Source of the DNA: Pseudobacteriovorax sp. | GTDB taxonomy: Bacteria; Bdellovibrionota_B; Oligoflexia; Oligoflexales; Oligoflexaceae | Direction: 5' to 3' | Length of the DNA stretch: 19,961 nt | NCBI GenBank assembly: GCA_050293845.1 | Contig: JBNKNM010000094.1 | Location: 1-19,961, forward strand | Part shown: positions 7,025 through 15,709 of the stretch, in pieces | Layout of the letters: each line of letters starts with the position of its first letter | Numbering within the stretch: the first letter of the stretch is position 1 | Made by a program: the position numbers and the translations under genes | Notes under the pieces: generated by a model | Told to the model about the DNA's origin: nothing | What the model saw: the letters and a program-made list of their open reading frames with translations, nothing else | The model's database searches: none

Positions 7025-7741
7025 ATGAGCCAAGCTAAATATAAGCGCGTGATGCTAAAACTATCTGGTGAAATGCTAGGCGGAAAAAAAGGATTTGGCA
7101 TCGAAGGGGATTCTCTATCCTTTGTTGCAGGTGAAATCGCTGAGACGATCAAGCTAGGTGTTGAAGTAGCCGTGGTCATCGGAGGTGGAAATATTTGGCG
7201 AGGTTCTACAGCCGCTGGCTGGGACATGGAGCGCGCCAATGCAGACTATATGGGAATGTTAGCTACAGTTATCAACGGTCTTGCCCTACAGGGTATTCTA
7301 GAAACCAAATACAATGTCTACAGCCGTGTCATGACAGCCATACATATGCAGGAACTAGCAGAGCCTTACATCCGTAGAAAAGCAACGAAGCATCTAGCTA
7401 AAGGACGTGTTGTCATTCTAGCTGGCGGCACCGGCAACCCCTATTTTACTACAGACACAGCCGCCAGTCTCCGCGCCAGAGAAGTCGGTGCTGATGTGAT
7501 TTTAAAAGCAACCAAAGTAGATGGTATTTATGATCGCGATCCAGCTCTCGACCCTGATGCGAAAAAGTTTGAAAAATTAACTTATCTCGATGTAATTTCT
7601 AAAAAGCTTAAAGTCATGGATGCCACATCAATAACGATGTGCATGGAAGCAAAAATTCCTATTTGTGTCTTTAAGCTTAGCGAACCTGGGTGCGTCGCCA
7701 GGGCGGTTGCAGGACTCTCTGAAGGCACCCTTGTACAGTAA
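7025..7741 (+). CDS. pyrH: Uridylate kinase
   Basis: KRVMLKLSGE, GGGNIWRG, ADYMGMLATVING, GNPYFTTDTAASLRA, KVMDATS. Confidence 0.99.
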   Translation: MSQAKYKRVMLKLSGEMLGGKKGFGIEGDSLSFVAGEIAETIKLGVEVAVVIGGGNIWRGSTAAGWDMERANADYMGMLATVINGLALQGILETKYNVYSRVMTAIHMQELAEPYIRRKATKHLAKGRVVILAGGTGNPYFTTDTAASLRAREVGADVILKATKVDGIYDRDPALDPDAKKFEKLTYLDVISKKLKVMDATSITMCMEAKIPICVFKLSEPGCVARAVAGLSEGTLVQ

Positions 7742-7744
7742 TTT

Positions 7745-8317
7745 ATGGAAAAAGGTTTCGATATGGACGATATAGTTGCGAAATGTAAAGAAGGAATGGA
7801 AAAGCGCATCGCTGCTTTTGAAAAAGATCTAACAAGAGTACGTACTGGCCGCGCCTCAATTGCAATGCTTGATGGGGTTCGTGTAGAATATTACGGAGCC
7901 CCAACCCCCATAAATCAAGTGGCTTCTTTGTCAACTCCTGATGCCCGTACAATCGTGGTGTCACCATTTGAAAAGAATCTTATTCAAGATATCGAAAAAT
8001 CCATCATGAGAGCAGACCTAGGTATCCAACCTACGAACGATGGAGTTGTGATCAGAATCCCTATTCCGCAGCTCACAGAAGAACGCCGTAAGGACATTGT
8101 AAAACAAATCAAAAAAATGGGAGAAGAAGCAAAGGTCTCCATTCGGCACTTACGTCGCGATGCCAATGATCATGTTAAGAAACAGGAAAAGGCTAAAGAA
8201 GTGACGGAAGACGACAGTAAGCAACTCCAGCAAGATATACAAAAGCAGACGGATATCTATATTAAGAAAATCGACGAGAGAACACAAAGTAAAGAAAAAG
8301 ATGTTATGCGTGTCTAA
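7745..8317 (+). CDS. frr: Ribosome recycling factor (alternative start ATG 7763)
   Basis: RTGRAS, VEYYGAPTPINQVA, PTNDG, LTEERRK, IRHLRRDAN; follows pyrH. Confidence 0.98.
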   Translation: MEKGFDMDDIVAKCKEGMEKRIAAFEKDLTRVRTGRASIAMLDGVRVEYYGAPTPINQVASLSTPDARTIVVSPFEKNLIQDIEKSIMRADLGIQPTNDGVVIRIPIPQLTEERRKDIVKQIKKMGEEAKVSIRHLRRDANDHVKKQEKAKEVTEDDSKQLQQDIQKQTDIYIKKIDERTQSKEKDVMRV

Positions 8318-8325
8318 TTCTAGCT

Positions 8326-9492
8326 TTACAGTTCCCGTGAAGGAGAGTTCAGAGGCGCTAATTTACGCTTTTTAATCCTCTCGACGAGTGTGGTGCGATT
8401 AAGACCAAGTAGCTTTGCTGCTTGGTTTTTATTATTTCCTGTTTTTTCTAAGGCTTGCAGGATCAATTTGTTTTCTAAATTCTCAATATACTCGGTTAAG
8501 TTCATCCCTAAGCGTGGAAAATCTTCGAGAACAGCAGATGGTTTCTCTTGGTAGTCATGAACTACCGGTTGGCTCATCATACTTCCTGGCTGCATCGATT
8601 TTGGATGATCTACAGCAATCTTCCCATGGCGATACTCGGGAGGTAAATCATCTACACTAATGCGTCCTCCCCCTGTAATCACCACTAACCTTTCAACTAA
8701 GTTCTGCAGCTCTCGGACATTTCCTGGCCAACTATGCACCTCTAAGACCCTTATCACTTCCGGTTGAAAATATGCCGGGCTGATAAAGCTATGCTGACGA
8801 TTCACTTGATCAAGGAAAAACTCCAAAAGAATTTTGATATCTGTTACTCTTTTACGTAACGGTGGGATTTCTAAAGGCAAAACATTGAGGCGGTAATAGA
8901 GGTCGAGACGAAACAGCTTTTCCGAAACTGCCTGCTCTAAATCTACATTAGTTGCTGCAACAATCCGAACATCAGCTACTTTGGTTTCACTAGAACCGAT
9001 AGGCGAAAATTGCCGCTCTTGAAGCACCCTGAGAAGTTTTGCCTGGAGACGCCAAGGCATATCACCAATTTCATCTAAAAATATAGTACCACCATTGGCC
9101 TCTTCAAAATAGCCTTTGCGGCGAGAGTCAGCACCTGTAAAGGCCCCTTTCACATGGCCAAATAGCTCCGACTCCAATAGACTTTCTGGTATAGCACTGC
9201 AATTTATAGCTACAAACCGACGTGAAACTCGCTGAGACAGCCTATGAATCGCCCTAGCAACTAATTCTTTTCCCGTTCCGCTTTCACCGTGTATCAAAAC
9301 AGAGCTATCGGAACGGGCGACTTTAATAACCGTTTTAAGAACATTATCCATGACTTCACTAGTACCCTTGATCTCACTGATAGTCTCTCGCACATTGGGG
9401 TACTGGGTTTCAAAGGGAAGGTTTTCTGGTGTCGTTGTTAATTGCATAAAATGATGGTATCCCTCTGTTGGTTTACTTGAATCTATAGTCAT
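8326..9492 (-). CDS. Sigma-54-dependent enhancer-binding protein (AAA+ and Fis-type HTH) without an N-terminal sensory domain
   Basis: Walker A GESGTGKE, ESELFGHVKGAFTGA, Walker B FLDEIGD, FRLDLYYRL, WPGNVRELQN, C-terminal NKNQAAKLLGLNRTTLVERIK. Confidence 0.93.
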   Translation of the reverse strand: MTIDSSKPTEGYHHFMQLTTTPENLPFETQYPNVRETISEIKGTSEVMDNVLKTVIKVARSDSSVLIHGESGTGKELVARAIHRLSQRVSRRFVAINCSAIPESLLESELFGHVKGAFTGADSRRKGYFEEANGGTIFLDEIGDMPWRLQAKLLRVLQERQFSPIGSSETKVADVRIVAATNVDLEQAVSEKLFRLDLYYRLNVLPLEIPPLRKRVTDIKILLEFFLDQVNRQHSFISPAYFQPEVIRVLEVHSWPGNVRELQNLVERLVVITGGGRISVDDLPPEYRHGKIAVDHPKSMQPGSMMSQPVVHDYQEKPSAVLEDFPRLGMNLTEYIENLENKLILQALEKTGNNKNQAAKLLGLNRTTLVERIKKRKLAPLNSPSREL

Positions 9493-9527
9493 AGAAATGC
9501 TAAAGCCTCCTACTACAAATACAGGTG

Positions 9528-9556
9528 AACATAATTTTCAAACCCAGGAAGGTCAA
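9528..9556 (-). promoter_or_regulatory. Sigma-70-type promoter of the sigma-54 activator gene
   Basis: Minus strand TTGACC (9556-9551)-N17-TATGTT (9533-9528); SD AGGAGG at 9511-9506. Confidence 0.5.
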
Positions 9557-9818
9557 AATGATATGTGCATTAGTTCATAAACATTCGTTTCATCAGGTGA
9601 GGAGCCTTTAGGCAACTGCGAACTTGCTTGTAAGTCTTGAATTCACCAAGGGGCTCATACTTTAATTTTAGCAACCCCCTTTATTTGACGCAATAGTGTG
9701 GACCAGATAGCTCTAAGATCTGCACAACCATTCGCCTAAATCCACCTGTAAAGTTTACTTTTTTGCTGCGATTTTATTCTAGGATCAGCATAATGAATTG
9801 ATAGCATAAGGAGGTATG

Positions 9819-10922
9819 GTGAAGGTTGCATTTGTACATGATTGGTTAGTCACTTATCGCGGTGGCGAAAAAGTATTGGAAGCGCTGCTTGAACTCTATC
9901 CTGAGGCACCCATCTTCACCTTGTTTTATGACCCTACAAAAATGCCAGCGACTATCACCTCTCGCTCTGTCATCTACCCTAAGTGGATTAACAAGTTTAA
10001 GAAGGTAAGAAAGATGCTTTTACCTCTATATCCCGCTATCATTGAGTCTATGCCTATGGAAACCTATGACCTGATCATTAGTACCTCTTCCTGTGTTGCT
10101 AAAGGGGCTATGACAGGTCCCACCGCAAAACATATCTGCTACATTCACTCGCCCATGAGATATATCTGGGATCAAAGGAATCATTACCTTAAAACCTTAA
10201 AAAAAATACCATTGTTGGGCTTTTTAATAGATACAATCAGCTGTAAATTGCGACTATGGGACGTTAATAGCAATCATCGAGTGGATCAATTTATTGCCAA
10301 CAGTAATTTCGTAAAGCAACGAGTAAGAAAATACTACAATCGAGACGCTGTAGTTATTGCTCCTCCAGTTGATATTGAAGCTTTTAAAACAAATCACGAT
10401 TCTATAAGTGAGAATCGGTTTTTCCTGGTGGCAGGAGCCTTTGTCTCCTATAAAAGGTTTGACCTTGCCATACGCGCCTGTGAGATAGCCAACGTAAAAT
10501 TAGTTATAGCTGGCAATGGCCCTCAGGAAAAAAAATTGAAGCAACTAGCTGGAAATAACGTGGAGTTTCATATAGCACCTGACCGTAATCAGTGGCGAAA
10601 CTTGATGGCACAGGCGGAGGGGTTTATTTTTCCCGGTATCGAAGACTTTGGTATAACGGCCATTGAAGCTTTGGCAGCCGGTACTCCCTTGCTTGCCTAT
10701 CGTGCCGGAGGTGCACTAGACTTTGTTATTCCTGGGAAAACCGGCTTGTTTTTTGATAGTCTTGAACCAAGGATGCTAGCCGAGGCCATTAACAATTTTT
10801 CAAAAGCAAGCTTTGACCAAAACTATATACAAAAATTTGCAAGCAAGTTTTCGCAAAAACAATTTCAAGAACAAATGAAGAATCAGATTCACTATACATT
10901 GGAGAATGACAGTGCAATCTAA
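9819..10922 (+). CDS. Glycosyltransferase family 4 (GT-B)
   Basis: KVAFVHDWLVTYRGGEKVL, CYIHSPMRYIWD, YKRFDLAI, EDFGITAIEALAAGTP; GTG 9819 preferred over ATG 9816 because that ATG abuts the SD AAGGAGGT (9808-9815). Confidence 0.9.
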   Translation: MKVAFVHDWLVTYRGGEKVLEALLELYPEAPIFTLFYDPTKMPATITSRSVIYPKWINKFKKVRKMLLPLYPAIIESMPMETYDLIISTSSCVAKGAMTGPTAKHICYIHSPMRYIWDQRNHYLKTLKKIPLLGFLIDTISCKLRLWDVNSNHRVDQFIANSNFVKQRVRKYYNRDAVVIAPPVDIEAFKTNHDSISENRFFLVAGAFVSYKRFDLAIRACEIANVKLVIAGNGPQEKKLKQLAGNNVEFHIAPDRNQWRNLMAQAEGFIFPGIEDFGITAIEALAAGTPLLAYRAGGALDFVIPGKTGLFFDSLEPRMLAEAINNFSKASFDQNYIQKFASKFSQKQFQEQMKNQIHYTLENDSAI

Positions 10923-12321
10923 GAATTCGGATATAAACCGTTTTTTATTATTGATGATGGATCTTCTTACTATTTCAGGATCGTGGATGTTAGCATACTA
11001 TCTGCGTTTTTACCTGGGACTAGCAACACCATTTGGGGTTCCAAAAGTTGAGTTATACATCAAACTAATGCCATTTATTTTAGCTATCTGGTCGCTCATC
11101 ACAATCATTACAGGGACCTACTATAAGCTTGATCAAATACGCTCACATTTAGGACACCTCGTCTCAACAGTCCAAAGTTCATTTATTTTTGTATTAACCC
11201 TGATATCTTTTTCCTATTTCTATGAAGAATATCGCTATTCAAGATTGACCATCCTTATATTTAGCAGTGTATTGCCTTTTTCCCTTATACTAGGCCGATG
11301 GCTCATAAAAAAATTAACCGTTCACTACCAACTCTCGCGGAAAAAACGTAATACTGTATTGTTGTCTGCTGGAGATTGTCTCAAAACGTTTCTTAACGAT
11401 CAAGATCATAACTTCGATAGTAATATAGTAGGAGTTATTGTTCCAGAATCTGACTCACTTCAAGAAGATCTCAAGATATGTAAAAAATATAACTTAGATT
11501 ATTTTTCTTCAGAACAAGAGTGGCCTATATTTTTTACTCAAAACCCCTGCGAGCAGGTGGTCATATCTCTCCCCCATGGCTTATACCCATATCTGGAGGA
11601 AAATCTTGACAGAATTTCTGATCAAATCGCCGATGTAAAAATTATCCCCGACGTATTAAGGTATACACGATTTAATACTGGTATCGACATGGTCGGCAAT
11701 ACCCCTATTATACACATACACGAAAGCCCTCTCAAAGGCTTGAACTGCATCATGAAACGAATTATGGATATTTTGGGAGCTGGCTTCGCTCTTTTGCTTT
11801 TTTCCCCGATTATGATTTTAACAGCAATCTTAATTCCACTAAGCTCGCGTGGACCTGTTCTTTACCGTCAGGTTAGGATGGGTTTAGACGGTAAAACCTT
11901 TAAATGTCTAAAATTTCGCTCCATGCCTGTTGGTGCTGAAGCTACAACCGGTGCTGTGTGGGCAACAGAAAGTGATAATCGAGCTACTCCCTTTGGCAGC
12001 TTTTTAAGAAAGACAAGTCTTGATGAACTTCCTCAGCTTTTCAACGTCTTAATAGGTGATATGAGCCTTGTGGGCCCAAGGCCGGAACGGCCAGTATTTG
12101 TTAATGATTTTAGGAAAAAAGTGCCGGGATATATGCTGCGTCATAAAGTCAAAACCGGCATAACAGGCTGGGCCCAAGTTAATGGCTGGAGAGGTAGCAC
12201 CAGCATCCAACGCCGTATCGAGTGTGACCTCTATTACATACAAAATTGGTCATTCTGGCTAGACATAAAAATACTCCTGATGACTATCGAGGAGATATTC
12301 TCTGGCAGGAACGCCTACTAA
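10906..12321 (+). CDS. wcaJ: Undecaprenyl-phosphate glucose phosphotransferase (WcaJ/WbaP-type priming phosphoglycosyltransferase); GTG 10912 is an alternative start
   Basis: Four N-terminal TM segments, then KRIMDI, FKCLKFRSM, LRKTSLDELPQLFNVLIGDMSLVGPRPE, GITGWAQVNGWRG, DLYYIQNWSFWLDIKI. Confidence 0.88.
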   Translation: MTVQSKNSDINRFLLLMMDLLTISGSWMLAYYLRFYLGLATPFGVPKVELYIKLMPFILAIWSLITIITGTYYKLDQIRSHLGHLVSTVQSSFIFVLTLISFSYFYEEYRYSRLTILIFSSVLPFSLILGRWLIKKLTVHYQLSRKKRNTVLLSAGDCLKTFLNDQDHNFDSNIVGVIVPESDSLQEDLKICKKYNLDYFSSEQEWPIFFTQNPCEQVVISLPHGLYPYLEENLDRISDQIADVKIIPDVLRYTRFNTGIDMVGNTPIIHIHESPLKGLNCIMKRIMDILGAGFALLLFSPIMILTAILIPLSSRGPVLYRQVRMGLDGKTFKCLKFRSMPVGAEATTGAVWATESDNRATPFGSFLRKTSLDELPQLFNVLIGDMSLVGPRPERPVFVNDFRKKVPGYMLRHKVKTGITGWAQVNGWRGSTSIQRRIECDLYYIQNWSFWLDIKILLMTIEEIFSGRNAY

Positions 12322-12392
12322 CCAGATCCTTCATTTAACTCCTGTACTTTTATTCTCGCGCTTTGATTCAAGCAAAAATGGAGAATCTAAGC

Positions 12393-12995
12393 TTAGAGTG
12401 CAGTATCCTGGAAAAAAAGACGAGCTTTAGTAAAATATGATTCATAGTCTACATGGGGACGTGAATTGTCCGGAATCGACCTATACATGACACTATGGAT
12501 ACTATCCTCATGGTCCATTTGCAAACCATGACCAACTTCATGACAAAATAGGTGATATAGATGACGCCACTCCCCTGAGCCAGGAGCATCTATTTTTTTC
12601 ATTTTCTCGGTAAAATTTTCAAGGTCGAAATCAATTTCCATAGAATGGACTACCGTTTTTTCAAGATCATTATTTCCTATGGGAATCAGATCTCTTCCTT
12701 CTTGTGCAGTAATGGTAACCCACTGTCCTAATCCTAGTTTGTTTTGTCTTTCGCGCAATCCACTGACAAAACGAATGTGGGAATTTGCATTTTCTCGTTC
12801 ATCCACAAGTTTTAAAGCCTCAGCACCAAATTCATCGTTGTATTGGTCAGCCAAATAAACAACAGCCTCTCTGACTTGAGACGAATCAGTTTCAACGAAA
12901 ATCTTAAAATCTTTAACATGAACGGTCTGGTAACTTCCGCAGGCATTTGTCATTAACGATATGAATAGGATGGGAGCAACACACGACTTCAGCAT
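12393..12995 (-). CDS. Matrixin-like (metzincin) zinc metalloprotease, probable lipoprotein
   Basis: HEVGHGLQMDH zinc motif followed by an SVMY Met-turn; N-terminus MLKSCVAPILFISLMTNA-C resembles a lipoprotein signal; ATG 12995 has GAGG 6 nt upstream (the ORF track starts at TTG 13016). Confidence 0.75.
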   Translation of the reverse strand: MLKSCVAPILFISLMTNACGSYQTVHVKDFKIFVETDSSQVREAVVYLADQYNDEFGAEALKLVDERENANSHIRFVSGLRERQNKLGLGQWVTITAQEGRDLIPIGNNDLEKTVVHSMEIDFDLENFTEKMKKIDAPGSGEWRHLYHLFCHEVGHGLQMDHEDSIHSVMYRSIPDNSRPHVDYESYFTKARLFFQDTAL

Positions 12996-13066
12996 CAAAA
13001 ACCTCAACAACAGCAACTAAAAGCACATCAACAAGCATTACAATAACTCCTCTTGGGAGTAAATGG

Positions 13067-13095
13067 ACTATGCCACCAGAACCATGCCATGTCAA
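13067..13095 (-). promoter_or_regulatory. Sigma-70-type promoter of the metalloprotease gene
   Basis: Minus strand perfect TTGACA (13095-13090)-N17-CATAGT (13072-13067) with a TGn extension. Confidence 0.55.
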
Positions 13096-13304
13096 CATAC
13101 AAATACATATTTTTTGGTACTTTTCTATATCTAGCTAAGTTTTCTATTCTTTTTACTAAATAGAGTAAAAATTGCTCCCTAGCCTTACCACGAGGAAAAA
13201 AATTAGACCGAAAAGCACCCTGCCGTGACTATATATTTCTTCTAATAATTATTGGTAGTTGAACCCTTACTTTCCTGTTTTGATCAACAAAAATCTTTCG
13301 AAAA

Positions 13305-13331
13305 TTAAGAATTACAATTCCGTATCCGATC
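13305..13331 (+). promoter_or_regulatory. Candidate sigma-28 (FliA)-type promoter of the response regulator-Hpt operon
   Basis: TTAAG (13305-13309)-N16-CCGATC (13326-13331), ~43 bp upstream of the ATG. Confidence 0.5.
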
Positions 13332-13373
13332 TCAGTTTTTGTAAGAAGAACTCTAGTCATTGGAGAATAAAAG

Positions 13374-14081
13374 ATGAAGGGGAACCCCGAAGATACCTAT
13401 ACCATCACCCTTGATGATGATGTTATGGTCCATCAAATTGTTGAAAAATCAACTAAAATCAAAACTATTGGTATGCAAGATCCCCAGGAACTTGTAGCAA
13501 AATTGGAAAATTATAATCCAGTTGGAGTATTTGTTGACATTCAATTGGGAAATGGTCGCTCAGGACTAGACATCCTGCCTACATTGCGGAGTCACTGGCC
13601 CTTTGTCCCGATTCTGGTCATCACAGGTACACCTACAGAGCAGTCCATCAGCAGGGCCCTAAATTCCGGAGCCGACGATTTTGTACGTAAACCTCTCATT
13701 CCTGATGAAGTGAATGCAAGGCTCAAATTAAGAATGGCAGATGCTGCTCAAAAAGCAGCAAAGGAAGTTGTTGAATTTGGAGATATTGTTATTGATTCGG
13801 CACACAGAACAGTCGATGGTCCTTTCGGAAAGAGGTTTGCATCCCCAATTGAAATCAACCTTCTAGCCACACTCGCCAATACAGAAGGCTCCATTGTTGA
13901 AAAGGATGCCCTTAAAATGCGTTGCTGGGGACAAATAAAAGTCACTGATAACGCACTCCACCGTAAACTCCATGCAGTAAGGCAACTTCTCAAAGATATT
14001 TCACCCAACGTTGTCATTGAAACTAAATACGGGGTTGGTTTTGCTCTCAAATACAATCAACCGCTCGAAGCAGCCTCATAA
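13374..14081 (+). CDS. OmpR/PhoB-family DNA-binding response regulator
   Basis: Receiver: LDDD, FVDIQL (phospho-Asp), SGLDIL, VITG, GADDFVRKP; winged helix ending IETKYGVGF. Confidence 0.9.
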   Translation: MKGNPEDTYTITLDDDVMVHQIVEKSTKIKTIGMQDPQELVAKLENYNPVGVFVDIQLGNGRSGLDILPTLRSHWPFVPILVITGTPTEQSISRALNSGADDFVRKPLIPDEVNARLKLRMADAAQKAAKEVVEFGDIVIDSAHRTVDGPFGKRFASPIEINLLATLANTEGSIVEKDALKMRCWGQIKVTDNALHRKLHAVRQLLKDISPNVVIETKYGVGFALKYNQPLEAAS

Positions 14082-14098
14082 ATCCAGGAGGATCATTG

Positions 14099-14482
14099 AT
14101 GGGAGCAGCCCATAAAATCCAAAAATTTGAAGAAGAATCCCTTATTGACGAACGAAAGCTTCAGAGTATCAAAGACTTGGGTGAAGGAGATGACTCCTTT
14201 TTCATTGAACTGACAGATTTGTTTTTTGAGCGTGTTCCTACTTTACTACAAGAGATACGAGATGCTCTTGACAATAAAAATGCTTACAAACTGGAACGTT
14301 CTTCCCATGCTCTCAAGGGAACTTCAGGTAATCTTGGTGCAATCAGAATGATGAAAATATGTGAATACCTAGAAACCATGGGACGTGAACAAACCATTGA
14401 TGGATTAGACTTCTTAGTCGATGACCTTCATCATATTTACCCAGAAGTGGAGAAAGTCATACGCTCGGAATGGTTGCCCTAG
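14099..14482 (+). CDS. Stand-alone histidine phosphotransfer (Hpt) protein
   Basis: SHALKGTSGNLGA...CEYLE Hpt signature; AGGAGG 14086-14091 favours ATG 14099 over TTG 14096. Confidence 0.9.
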   Translation: MGAAHKIQKFEEESLIDERKLQSIKDLGEGDDSFFIELTDLFFERVPTLLQEIRDALDNKNAYKLERSSHALKGTSGNLGAIRMMKICEYLETMGREQTIDGLDFLVDDLHHIYPEVEKVIRSEWLP

Positions 14483-14524
14483 CTAAGTTTATCAACAATT
14501 AATGCCAAACCCTCTTAGCACGCT

Positions 14525-15544
14525 CTAGCTTGCTGCTAGGGTTTTTAGTTCCAAATACTCACCAGCTAAAGCCTCCAAATCTTTTTCCGATAAGTGGAAG
14601 ATTTCTTTTAAACGCTCCAGTGATTCCTGCTCGATAAGATGGGGCTCACAATTTACCCAATGAGTCAACTGCTTAGCCAAATTTACGATATGAATGGCCT
14701 GAGGCAGCTGCACTAACTTTGGCATATCGTGGTGCTCCAGTGAAGTTTGGAGTACATAATCTGGTAACCCCCAAAAAGCACCACCAATCTCTCCCAGTAT
14801 GCGATGGTCGTAAAAATCGTTACGTTTTTCGCCATCCAACCAAGTACCTAATATTTTTGGATTCCGAATTTCACTTTCAATTTTATCGATATGCTCAGGA
14901 AAACAAATCGCCATGACGGCTTTGCCAATATTGCAGAGGGTGGCTGCTAGATATACCTGATCGCGGGGAATAGTTTTGTTAAACTGCCGGGCGAGTCGTT
15001 CTGCAATTTGCCCCCGAAGCATTGACTCACTCCAAAATCTATCGCTATCGAATATTATGGATCGAAATCTGAAACTTTGTAATCCTGCTGAGTGGACCAA
15101 ATCTTTCAAAGTATTGATACCAACAAAACTTATGGCATGCTCTAAACTAGTAATTTCTGGAGTATCGATGGGTTTTAATGAGTTTGCCATTTTTAGAATA
15201 GATGCTGCAATTAAAGGAGCTTTCTTGGTAACATTCGCTAAAATAAGTGAACTCGCATTTTCATCGTCTAACTTCTGCTGGATGAGCATGATAGCGCTTG
15301 GGATATGGGGCAGTACTTGGCCCATGCTTAACTGGTTAAATAATGACTTACTGCGATCGCTCGTTAATGCCATTTCTGGAGAGTACCAGTCATGCTTTCC
15401 TTTACGAATCAGCAAAGTCGATCCACACTGGCAGTTAAACCAAAGATGCCCACTATCGCATATGCGCCAGCGACTAGAGTATTTGAGAAAGTCATCCTGA
15501 GTGTGAAATTCTTGCCCACAGCTGTCGCAAATTTTTTCTGCCAT
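14525..15544 (-). CDS. HDOD-domain signalling protein with an N-terminal Cys/His-rich putative zinc-binding domain
   Basis: LPHIP, PLIAASILKMANS, ITSLEHAISFVG, FWSES, LCNIGK, DHRILG...WGLP, EHH; N-terminal CDSC...CDSGH..FNCQC; ATG 15544 follows GAGGA (the ORF track starts at TTG 15565). Confidence 0.85.
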   Translation of the reverse strand: MAEKICDSCGQEFHTQDDFLKYSSRWRICDSGHLWFNCQCGSTLLIRKGKHDWYSPEMALTSDRSKSLFNQLSMGQVLPHIPSAIMLIQQKLDDENASSLILANVTKKAPLIAASILKMANSLKPIDTPEITSLEHAISFVGINTLKDLVHSAGLQSFRFRSIIFDSDRFWSESMLRGQIAERLARQFNKTIPRDQVYLAATLCNIGKAVMAICFPEHIDKIESEIRNPKILGTWLDGEKRNDFYDHRILGEIGGAFWGLPDYVLQTSLEHHDMPKLVQLPQAIHIVNLAKQLTHWVNCEPHLIEQESLERLKEIFHLSEKDLEALAGEYLELKTLAAS

Positions 15545-15603
15545 ATAGTCCTCGATGGAATACAAATTTCATCCCCAGCGTGTCGGTAAAATTCTGGGAA
15601 TTA

Positions 15604-15631
15604 TTCAGTGTGAATTGCTAAGTACCGAAAA
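15604..15631 (+). promoter_or_regulatory. Candidate sigma-28 (FliA)-type promoter of hutG-hutF
   Basis: TTCAG (15604-15608)-N16-CCGAAAA (15625-15631). Confidence 0.4.
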
Positions 15632-15709
15632 TGAACTTTCTAAATTATCTGAGCCTTGATAACTTAAAATTTTGGTTCCCTCTAAGATCATTAACCAAAG
15701 GAACTTAAC

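Noticed and set aside
13060..13090. Two TGGCA motifs (minus strand) as sigma-54 -24 elements
   Set aside because: Neither has GC at the -12 position 10 nt after the GG; a sigma-70 promoter fits better
14976..15500. 174-aa plus-strand ORF
   Set aside because: It lies entirely antisense to the HDOD gene and has no recognisable motif, so it is a shadow ORF
15580..15606. Minus-strand ACCGACA as a fourth sigma-28 promoter, for the HDOD gene
   Set aside because: There is no matching -35 element at the 16-nt spacing
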